A DNA stretch of 62,630 bases, filler included. It is 4 parts of 4 records of this genome, joined end to end, with 100 filler letters (N's around TTAATTAATTAA, not from the genome) between each part and the next. Parts side by side here need not be neighbours in the genome. Positions count along the whole stretch, not along the records: positions 30,360 to 45,562 come from SRR20825019_1756; positions 45,663 to 57,267 come from SRR20825019_1757; 2 more parts are not named here. The stretch is one strand, 5' to 3'. This document shows positions 36,368 through 46,516 of this stretch, piece after piece. Position numbers and translations under genes: made by a program. The notes under the pieces are model-generated. The model was not told where the DNA came from and ran no database searches. It worked only from the letters and a program-made list of their open reading frames with translations. Positions within the stretch are counted from its first letter, which is position 1, and each line of letters begins with the position of its first letter.

Positions 36368-38817
36368 TCAAACGTCGATCTGCCAGTCCAAAGAATCATG
36401 TGCTTCCTTCATAAGCGCCTCAATCTCACGATCGTGATCCTGCAAGGAAGCAATCAGCAATTAGCAAACTCCATGACAAACGGCACATGTGAAATACCTC
36501 GCAAGACTGGCACTTCCAGTTCTTTTTAACTTGCTTTAGCGGTGGGGAGCAACAGCTGAGGTGCAAAACCTTTGGGCAATCAATGCATAGCACAAGCCGC
36601 TTGCCACGGGAGCCGGCATCCCCTCCACACTTTTCGCATTTAGAATTGTGGCACTCCACGCCGCCCGAAGATGCAGATGTGAGTCGTTGAGTTCTTGTGA
36701 CAGGGCCGCCAGAACTCTCAGACAATCGACGAGCCTTTGTACCCTGACCGATAGGAGCAGCTGCCTTCTCATCATCCGGGCTTTTTCGCTTTCTTTCTGC
36801 TTGAACTGAATTATCACTACGCTTTGCTGCCTGCGGGGGCTTGCCGCTCTCCTTTCGGGGAGACGTCATACGTGCAGTAGTCACCACATTTGGGGTGACG
36901 GGTGGATGTGACAGTGCATCCTGAACTTGCGGCCTGGTTGTTACAACATCGGGCACTCTTGATGCATTCGGAGCGTCGCCTGCGGATACTTCGGAACTCT
37001 CCAAAGCCTTAGGAGGCGAAACGATTTCGCTAGTTACTAGAGTTGGGTGCACTTGGACGGAGGTATCCTTTTGATCGGAAGGCCCCTGCATCATTTTCTG
37101 CAGTTCCTTCCTGCGCTCTATGGCTATTTTGTCGTATATCAGCTTATCAAAGCGGCCCCCGTTGGGAGTAAAGTTTGGGAACCTTCTTCTGTAGTCTTCT
37201 GGTGCAATATCTTCATTGTCGCCTCGCCTCGTCTCTAGTTCACGTACCATGTCGGTAAGATTGGTCTTGGAGATAACGTCTTCGCCAGTAGAGGCGCGCT
37301 CGGTACCCCCTGTATCGCGCCCTTTCACCTGTCCAGCCTTCCCTCCACGACCAGACACATCGCCCTTAACGGCAGCATCACCTCCGTCCTCTGCCTGCTT
37401 TGCATTCTCCTTTGCCTTCCCTTTTAACCTCTTGATCACACGTTCTTGAGCTGTCTCCCGCTCACTGCATATCCCTGCGTCAGAATGCTCCTCGCCAGAA
37501 TACTAATTTCGCACTCACTCGAAAAACTCCAAATTCTCGGCTCGCCCTGCTTCTGTGATCTCATCCAATGATGAACTGCCATACAAAATGAGCTCGTTGA
37601 AACAGATTGTTCCTGCAATAAATACCAAAGATCGGCCACCACGGTAGATGCCACCTGAAGCACAGACATGGGTAGCGTGTCTCCAACCATAGAGTGACCG
37701 GCATGAGTCGCAGCAAGCGATGATTTGTCTAATTGATACTTCGCGATCAGTTCTTTCACCTCGTCTAGTTCTGAAAGGTATTTTCAGGAAACATGCATGA
37801 ACATCTCTACACAAGTGGCATACCTGAAAGTTGGGCATAGTCTGGCTTATTTTCGTTGATAGCCGCACGGACCGGCTCGGAGTTCAACAAAGCGTGAACT
37901 TCCTTCTCTACAAAGAGATCAGTGGTCACGTCTGCCATCTGGCTGCGTGTCGCTCGATACTGGAATGCTCGGTCTGAGTGCAGACGCGAGAGCATATGGA
38001 GACCTTCTCGGAGACCTAGTGACTCCAAATCTTTTGCGACCTATGGTATGCCTGCTGTTAAAGACAGGTATATTTTCGCGCTACATCAACACTGCACCTG
38101 AATAATACTTGACCAGGATCCCTTATCCACAAATATCCGTACTCGAGGATCCACCAGGTTGCAGAAGTATGTTGTATAAAGAGCATACAAGCCCCCTGCA
38201 CGCTCCTCTAGCACAGTTCCCGTACAAGTGAAATCGATGGCCGTCTGAAAGAGTACATCGAGCACCATGGCCACACTTTCCTCTGACTTGATCATCACTT
38301 GCACATTGCCGAACCCGAGAGACTTCCACCCCTCTCGAAATACGGCATATGACAGCAAATCCTTGGTGCTCGCAAAATTGGAAGCGTCACTCCTTCGGAT
38401 GGCATCAATCTTCTCTACAAATGCCAACACCGCTTTCTTTATGTCGATATACTGGCCGCTCTCCACATATTTCCTCACGGCAGGAGGTTGTTTTTTAGCA
38501 GGTGGGAGAACCGGGTCAGGAAAAGGAAGCAAGACTTGCCTGCCGTCGCTCTGTTCGGGACTTGAAGGAGTGGGGGGCGGGGATGAAGTGGGAGAAGCAC
38601 TTTTGCCATTAGCCTCGGAAGCGTTTGTGTCTGTATTGATAGGTAACATCTGCACAGAGCGAGCCTTCTTGGTCCGAGAAAATGGCTGCAGTGACACGAT
38701 TAGGTCCTTGCCATCAGCTTGAGTGGGAGTGGAGGGGGTCGGAACAACTGCCTCCACATCCAGGTCATTTTCCCTCCTTCCTAGGGACTCGGAGCGCCCC
38801 CCGGCACCTTCGGCCAT
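36368..38817 (-). CDS. SNAPc subunit 1 (SNAP43)-domain protein with C-terminal PHD finger, multi-exon
   Basis: SNAP43-like segment FREGWKSLGF...EERAGGLYALYTTYFCN...RVRIFVD...LSRLHSDRAFQYRA. PHD CEKC...LVLCIDCPKVLHLSCCSPPL...WKCQSC at ~36500-36640. Confidence 0.72.
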
Positions 38818-38949
38818 TCTGAGGGCCTTTCTCTAACCTGAAAAAACGTAGTTGTGCAACTGTTAAAAAAAGTGTCGTTCACTGTTCAACATATATGTGT
38901 GTGCCTTCAGCAGTATATTGACTCCTAACTCGGCATTCTTTGGCACGTC

Positions 38950-39795
38950 ATGCCGGGTCAGTGGCCAAGAATACGGCCGGGCGGCAGCCGGCGCAGCCGC
39001 GTCTAGGCGACGCGACACAGCCGGGAGGCGCAGGCCCGGTGTACCGGCCAGCGCAGGCCTGGAACAACCAGGCTTCCCTCAGTCAGTCCGGGGACGGTTG
39101 ACTCGCCACCGTACGCCGTCGGGTGAGTCCGGGCCATGGGGGCCGGCGGGGTGGAAGTGAAACAAGTGAGCAGTGTGAGCCCGACCCGGCGGCGCATCCG
39201 CGAGTGCCCCCAAACAGCCGGCAGGTACGCTACAGTAAGGACGGTGGCCGTGCGTGAATCAACTCAGGTCCGATACGTCCTCCATCCGGTGACCGGGCGT
39301 CGTCCGTCCAAGTCACGCCACGCTGCGACTGTGCGACTCTCCGGGGATGCCACTGCTCAGTCTGGCTCCGCGTGGCGCGGGTCGGCGCGGGCAGGCTGGC
39401 GCTCGCGGCCGGCGAATAGTTCATTGATCGGTTGAGCCCCGGCCCTGCCGCCAGCGGGGGCGCGAGGGCCGCGGCCGGGGGCCCGGCCGGCCGGCCCCGT
39501 GCGGCGCGCCGTGCGACGGGGGCGGCCCGGCCCGCAGTCCGGTCACGCCCCCGTGCCCAGGCCGGGGCCCGCCCGGCCAACTATGGGCGGGCCGGACGCG
39601 CCGCCGGGCCGGGCCGGGCCCGGCGGCAGCGGTCCGTCTGAGTCATCACCACCGCCATGGACGGACACTCCAGTCCGGCCGGGCTGAACTGGCCGCCAGG
39701 ACCTTATTACAGAGCCCGCATTCCGAGTCCCTGTGAACCCGGCCGATTCCTGGGCCGCCTCGTCGCCGGTTTGGCGTTGAGCGACCCGCCAGCTC
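38950..39795. promoter_or_regulatory. GC-rich bidirectional promoter island
   Basis: Lies between start 38817(-) and putative small gene 39855(+). TATATA at 39800. Confidence 0.55.
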
Positions 39796-39854
39796 CCCAT
39801 ATATAGCATTGTTCTCAAGTGGCAGCTTGAAAGAAAAAGACATAATACTCCAAG

Positions 39855-40105
39855 ATGAATGTGAGCCCACTGTCATCTGGTATTGCCGCATTTGCCTTGG
39901 TCCTTGTTGTTGGATATGTTCACCTGAAGTTTTTCGCTCCTCGTGAAGGTATTGTTTTGTGCTCTTCTTTTTGTTATTTGAGCAGGTCTGATTCATTTAA
40001 GATGCTGACGTTAGTGTCGATGGCCTCCTGAAAATGTTCTTGAGCCTACGGCATGACATAGCCCGCGCGGCGGGAACAATCATACCAGGGACAACGAGTC
40101 AATGA
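39855..40105 (+). CDS. Putative 65-aa single-transmembrane microprotein (2 exons)
   Basis: MNVSPLSSGIAAFALVLVVGYVHLKFFAPRE|DADVSVDGLLKMFLSLRHDIARAAGTIIPGTTSQ. Intron 39949-40001 has GT, a CTGAT branch site and AG. TATA box 55 nt upstream. Confidence 0.45.
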
Positions 40106-40357
40106 GTCTGATGTGACTTCGTGCCTCGTACTTTCAAACTCTCAAGTACTGCAGCTAGCAGTATACAGAGAGCCTTTGTAAGCATATGGTGATGTGACAC
40201 GTATGCCAAAAGAATCCTTTGCAAGATGTTATGAGGCGCACTTTATTGGCGCGACCAGGTCATTTGTCCGACTAGAGTCATTGCCGCGTCACTGGAAAAT
40301 GACGTAACCACCATCGGGCTCTTAAATATCGTAGAGAATTGTGCTGCTTGATCATTC

Positions 40358-41670
40358 CTAACTCGTGACAGATTCTTCGGATGTTATTTTGGTCGAGTAG
40401 TTCGACCTCACCTCAGCTAGAATCTTCAACATATCCTCGACAATGACTGAGTTACCCCCCAAAATATCTCCGGACATAATGTCAAACGAGTTGCCGACAG
40501 GACTGGACACCGCTACAAACAAGTGATGATGAGACAACTAGCAGCTGACGCCATGGGCATAACTCACTTCCGCCCGCCTCTCTTATTAGCACAACCCCAG
40601 CTGCTAGATCCCAAGGCTTCACCCGCGACTACCTTGTTGATCAGGGATGGCTATACTATGCCCACTCTACCGCCTTACCTGATAATACAAGTCTAGTCTG
40701 CCCGCCGCAACACCACACAGATCCAACGCTGTTGACCCACTTTTCCGTATAGCTGCGTAAGCACATATGAGAAATGCTCTCTAAAGACAAGTCACATGGA
40801 ATGAGAACCGGCCTACCTTGAACTCCGTATAACACTGGTTTCAACATTTTCAGCTGATACAATGACATCAGAGAAGCGCGTACACACACATGCCAAAATA
40901 CTCACTGTACTAGTTCGTGTATTCGGATACGGAAAACTTGTGGCAACCAGTGCATTCCTTAAGTCCTTAATCCTCGACACATGAATGGGTCGATCGTTTA
41001 AGAAAGCCCCTAATATCAATAGAAGTCAGGCGGTAGTACGTTATGAGGTCTGGGGGGCTACTCTACCGGACCCATCTGCCGCAGTAAACATTTCATCCGT
41101 GAGCGGATTATACACAGCTCCAACAACAGGCTTTCTGTCCACCGCCAAGCCAATAGAGACGCACACGTTGGGATACTATCGAGATTAAGTTAAGAGAACG
41201 TGCGGTATTGTCGGGTGCCATGATCTCAAGCGACCTCACCTGATGTACAAAGTTCGTTGTCCTGCAGGAACACAAAAAATCAGTATAGCAAGAACAATAG
41301 TCTTGAAACATCGACATACCCATCTAACGGGTCTACCATCCATGTCGGTGTATTCTCAAGTACAAGTTTGCCCGAGCTTGACTCTTCTCCCATCAACACG
41401 TGGTCGGGAAACTCGTTCCGAAGAATATTGAAAATAATGTCTTCGCATTCTTTGTCCGTGTCTGTCACTAGGGACCGGGAGAGGTCTTGATCATCTATTT
41501 TTACATCAACTTGTTTCTTGCGATAAAACCTCTCTTTCACCACCCCTCCTGCAAGCCGCGCTGCCTATAAACGACACGTTAAGTACTCAGCGAGTTCTCT
41601 GCAGATGTAAACACACTTTTGCGGCAGCCAGAAGTTGCAGACGAAACTGACAAGTGGCTAAAACAGACAT
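40358..41670 (-). CDS. Inositol monophosphatase family protein, multi-exon
   Basis: Motifs LVTDTDKECE, FPDHVLMGEES, TWMVDPLDG.TNFVH, VSIGL...VGAVYNP, GAFLN, GSTALDLCGVAAGRLD, PWDLAAG..LIREAGG. 3' end is approximate. Confidence 0.9.
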
Positions 41671-41739
41671 GAGGCGTCGGAGAGTACTGAAGGTGCATAA
41701 CTCTTACTTCAAGTATTAGGCGGCAACGAGAGTCAATCA

Positions 41740-42095
41740 CGATGGCCGGCGGAGCCTGGCGGACCGCATGGTCGTCAGAGACGATGAGCCCAAAAGTAGC
41801 TGGCGCGAGTCACTTGCACTGCCAGAACCGGGTGACTGGCCTAACGTGCACGGGTCGGTGTCTGTGATCGGGTTGGTGCGGTGGGCGGACCCGGCACCCC
41901 GACGCGGGGCGGGGCGCGGGCCGGCCTCGCCTGCGGGGGCGCGTGGTCACTGGTTGCCGTGGCGGGCGGGGTGCGGCGCCCGGACCCGCCCGCCTCACTT
42001 AGCGATCGCCGGCGGCGACGGGCACGGCTCATCACTGGCTGAGCCGTTCGCATACTAGCTAGATCTTCCGGAGCGCTGCGAGGACGTCCTGCGGC
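41740..42095. promoter_or_regulatory. GC-rich island upstream of IMPase gene
   Basis: GC-rich tract between the kinase stop (42189) and the IMPase start (41670), both on the minus strand. Confidence 0.5.
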
Positions 42096-42188
42096 CAACC
42101 ACAACCTGTAATCCCAGATTCGGAAACTCCGCATCCCACTACAACGCATTGTACAGATCATCCTCCCGGTACCCAGACCGGTTGGAAT

Positions 42189-44614
42189 TTATTGGTACAA
42201 ATCGACTGTCGAGGTGGCATTGATATTGATTAACTTATTTTTTCTGAAGAGATCCATCAGCTCCGGCTTATATATGGTCAACTCATCTCCCAATGCTTTC
42301 TTCTGAGCCACGAGTTGAGGCCCCTTGGCATCACTGTTATTGTCATACAGGGATACTTCATCAAAGAGGGGGACGTATTCACCGAACGCTTCACAAAACA
42401 TTCTGTGCGACATCAACTGACCGCGCACAGGGACTCCTCGACCAGTCAATACACGCCGCACAATCCCCCTACGAACAGCTGTTTCAGGCTTTACAGTCAC
42501 TCCAACCATCACCAAACGATATGGTGGTAGCGACTTATTCGTTTCTATATTTGGCACAGGAAGCAATGATGTGCTTCCTTGGCGATTGGCATCCATGCTT
42601 GGAGCGTCGCGCGTCTCCGGAAGCCAATATGTCTCAGAGGATGTACCATCCCCATTGCTCTGATAACCTGGGCCCCTCGCGAAGGTTTTTTCACTGGACT
42701 CACGAACCATTTGAACTGTCTGCTTGACAAAAGGAGCCCAAGACATCGTCCCATCAAAAACAATGTCCTTCCTCCACTTCACGGCATTCAGAAACAGCTC
42801 CTCAGCTGCTTGCGTGGATGCAGAGTGAACCAACATAGAGGCATTACTTGAGCCCGCCTCTAGTCAAGCAACACAATTAGATGTCAAGTGTCACAATTTG
42901 AGACCTTTGGGGTACCTGTCAGCGCGACATACGCCGGATCCTTCATCTTCATCGCATCTGCCTCAACAATGACCATATTCTCCCCATATGCCTTCCAAAA
43001 TGGTAACTTTGATAGCTCCTTGACCGTGGTACTCTTTCCCGCGCCCATACCTCCACCAATGAAATACTGAGAACATTAAGGTCAACCAAACCATTTGGCC
43101 AGCCATCGAAAAAACCAATGCATACAATTGTCGGTGGTTCCACGCGATCGGAGTCTGGGATAAATCCTTGGTGGTCTTGATCAACAGATAGACCTAATGA
43201 TCGTAGTTGCTGCCCGATCGACAGGAAAGTCCTGGGCTGTATAAATGATATTGTTCGTGCAATCAGCAGCTACATATGGGAAATAGGACGAACATACAAG
43301 TTCCATTCGTTTTAGCAAAAGGCTCGACTTGATACGCTCCCGGAGACGAACAATAGGATTTCGCTTCTGTGCTGTCGAAAAGAGAATCAGCCATGAAGAT
43401 GTTTCCAGCTTGAAGGAATCAGCGATGCACACACACCTTCATATGCAGCGACCATTCCTTTGACGGCTTCTTCACCTCCTTCCATGTAGGCCCTTATCCA
43501 ACTCGTTAGGAAATCCAACGTCCGCGGTGCTTCTGATGGGAATGTGATTTCGTCGCCCTTCGTTTTGTGTATCAATTTCAGACATGGAAACGCCTTCACG
43601 TTGAAAGCATCCTTCAAGTTTGGACATTCCACACAATCTATCACGCAGAATCCAATAGGCGCTTTCTCATCTGCATAGAAACAATCACTAATGTGAACAT
43701 TCAATACCACTGGACAAAATCATGGACCTTTGAGAACGTGTGCCACCTTTGCAAATATTGGACCCAAGATTTGACAATGGGGACAGTATGGAGCTGTGAA
43801 GCAGGCAGCAATAACGTCAGGATGCTCGTGGTCCCCTGGGCCTGAAGGCACGCCTAGCGGCCATGGTTGCGTTGGTGAACCAGAAACACTGGGTCTACGA
43901 GGTGTGACACCCCTTCTGCGTTGCTGAATCTTGGGCACTTCAAATATGGCTTCCTTAGTGTCGGCAGTAACTATCCGTACACCTTGCACGAAGCCTATAG
44001 GGTCACTCATTTCGCGGACATAATCCTCAGCACGTGTTGACTCCTTGTGATTCTGGACTCGTGATAAGAGCTCTGCCTTCCGTGGGGCGTTGGCCTTAAT
44101 AAGGCGCTCAATCGAATCCCAATTCTTTCCGAAGTAGATGTCGGATATAATGGACAGGCCCATATCCATGTAGTCAATGAAGGCAGCTTCTGACACTACC
44201 CTGTCGAAAGGTTCGCCAAGGAGCTTTGGTAACCCAGGAAGAACATCTTTGAGCGATTTTCTTTGTGCCGATTGCAGCCACAAATGGGATTGCAACTGCA
44301 AGAAGTTTAACTATGAGTTCAGAACATATAGATGTTAATGATACCTCTCCTCGAAGTGACGAACACTCCATGTACAACCACAAGTCGGATGTGTCTTCCA
44401 CAAGAGCGAACTTCCTTGCCACTTCTTCTTCGTCTCTCCACTCGAGTGTGCTATCAGAAGATTGGCTCTTCTTTATATCACCTATGTACGAGTCAAACGA
44501 AGAACAGCTACCTTGAGCAGTTAGAACCTTGCTATCAAGGAATATGGAGGCGGCAAAAGCCCCAAAGAAAGGCGTGTCCGCCGCCTCGTCAGGCTTGAGG
44601 TCATCCAGCTTCAT
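42189..44614 (-). CDS. Zeta-toxin-fold P-loop kinase of the plant calmodulin-dependent NAD kinase (NADKc) type with inserted thioredoxin domain, multi-exon
   Basis: Walker A GGGMGAGKST at 43057-43028. Further motifs VEADAMK..D, LVHSASTQAAEEL, DIVFDGTMSWAPFVKQT, GPGY...ETYW, PYRLVMVGV...AVRRGIVRR..TGRGVPVRGQLMSHRMF. Thioredoxin FTAPYCPHC (CPHC 43785-43774)...IDC...FNVKAFPCLKL. Exons join in frame through GT-AG introns. Confidence 0.85.
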
Positions 44615-44749
44615 CACCACTATATGCCGTCCTCACGCCCCAGTGTGAAGTTCTTCAGCATCATTATATTTAGCGTGAACGTCCCCGAAATGGTTCCAGT
44701 GACAGTAGGGCTCAGTAAGCACTGGTTTTGTCAAGTGCTCATAGAGCCA

Positions 44750-45562
44750 GTTCGGGTTGCGGGCGGCGACTGACTACAGCACCTTGGCAAGAGGCCACTC
44801 CCACTGTCTGCCGCCACCAGGCGCCAAGCCAGAGCCCAGCAAGCCAGCAGGTGACTTCACCACCACCTGAGCTACCAGGCTGGGCGGGCAGGGCGCGCGA
44901 ACTAAAGTTTTTGTCCGAAGGAACGACCTATTCTACTAGGCAGTCCAGTTGTGGCGCTGACTTCGTTTACCCTCCTCCTGCCACAGCCGCCTCTCGAGCG
45001 GCCTGGGGACGGCTGGCCCCACGCCGCCGTCCGCCACAGACTTGCCAGGGGCGTGCCAGCCGGTGCGGCTGAGGGTCGGCCCAGGGCCGGAGCGCGATGG
45101 CCGGCCACCACCCTGGAACTACTCCGGTCCGGCCCCCGCGCCCCCGCCCGGCCGGGGCGTCCCAGAATCATCGCCAGTGGGTCGAGGAGCTCAGTGCTCC
45201 GAGTGAGTCGGCTCCCCACCGCCGCGTCAGCCACGGCCGCCTACCGTCGGACTTGACCGGACCGGACTGGATGACTCGAAGAAGCACGTGACGCCTCAGT
45301 GCCGGCGTTTTTGGCATTCCGATCACTGGCCGGGACCCGCCCTGACCACCGGCGGGCGCCGCGTGGGCCCGGCGCCGGGGGCGCGGCGGCCCCGCGGCCG
45401 GGCCGGCCGGGCCGACGGTCCCGTGCGCGCCGGCGCCGCGGCGGATCCGAGACAGATCGCCAAAAAAATGTCACGCGGACTGCCCAAACCCGATCCTCGC
45501 CCGGGGGATGCCAGACTCCATCCACTCCTTCGTTGACTGGAGGGAGGCCAGGCATCAGGCTC
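44750..45562. promoter_or_regulatory. GC-rich island upstream of kinase gene
   Basis: GC-rich tract running to the contig end. TA-rich box ~50 nt upstream of ATG 44614(-). Confidence 0.5.
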
Positions 45563-45662
45563 NNNNNNNNNNNNNNNNNNNNNNNNNNNNNNNNNNNNNN
45601 NNNNNNTTAATTAATTAANNNNNNNNNNNNNNNNNNNNNNNNNNNNNNNNNNNNNNNNNNNN
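45563..45662. other. Artificial contig-joining spacer
   Basis: 44 N + TTAATTAATTAA + 44 N. Confidence 0.97.
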
Positions 45663-46516
45663 CCCGGGCGGCGGGCCGCCGCGCCCCGCCGAGATGGCCA
45701 GCGTCCGCCGCCGGCATAACACATATCCGCCCTTTGAGCCGGGGTCCCCGCGTTGCGCTCGGGGAACATGAGTTTCGTCACTGAGGAGAGTAGCGGGTCC
45801 AGACCCGGCCAGGGTCCATTCCGGCGGGGGCCGCGGGGCGGTGGCATGCTGCATCATACCCCCTCCCTACACAGTTTCGTCCGGGTATGGGAAAGTTTCG
45901 TTCCCCCAGAACTTTCTGCGTATGGGTCAGCATCACCACGGCTCCGACGGTGTGGCGCCAACTTCCCAGATGGGGTGACAATCGAATCGGAATCCCTGTA
46001 TCCACTTCACTCCCCGCATCACGGCCGGTCCAGCTTCGGCTACGCTACGGCGGGTGTGGGGGAACCGGGAAGATCAGTCGACGGACTTCTCGCCCGGCCC
46101 CCGCCACGGGCCGGCCGCCCGGGCCGCCGCCGCGGCCGCCGGCGCCGGGCGCGCCCCTGACGGTCGGCCCCGGCCGCCGCCGCCCCGCCGGGGCGGGGGC
46201 CGGCCCCGCCCGACCCCCGGCGGCCCGCCCCGCTTTGTGGGGCGTCGCAGTGTCCGGCGGACTGCCAACGGGAACTTCCGGCCAGGGTCTCACGGCGCCC
46301 CCTCCCGTCCGGCCGACCGGTGGAACGGTCGGCCGCGCCCCTACTCCAGGCCAAGGGCGGCGCGCGAGTCCGCCTCGCCCGCGGCCGTCCCAGCCCCGGG
46401 CGCAACCGAGCAATCGCAACAAGGCCCACGTTGCTTCTAAGAGGAATCACACCAGTATATGAAGGGGGGTACGGCCTCAACGCTGCCAGACTCCAAGCTG
46501 GTGAAGCCGAAGGCAG

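Noticed and set aside
42189-43070. Zeta toxin of a toxin-antitoxin or defence system
   Set aside because: The gene has spliceosomal introns, no adjacent antitoxin, and motifs of the eukaryotic NADKc-like subfamily.
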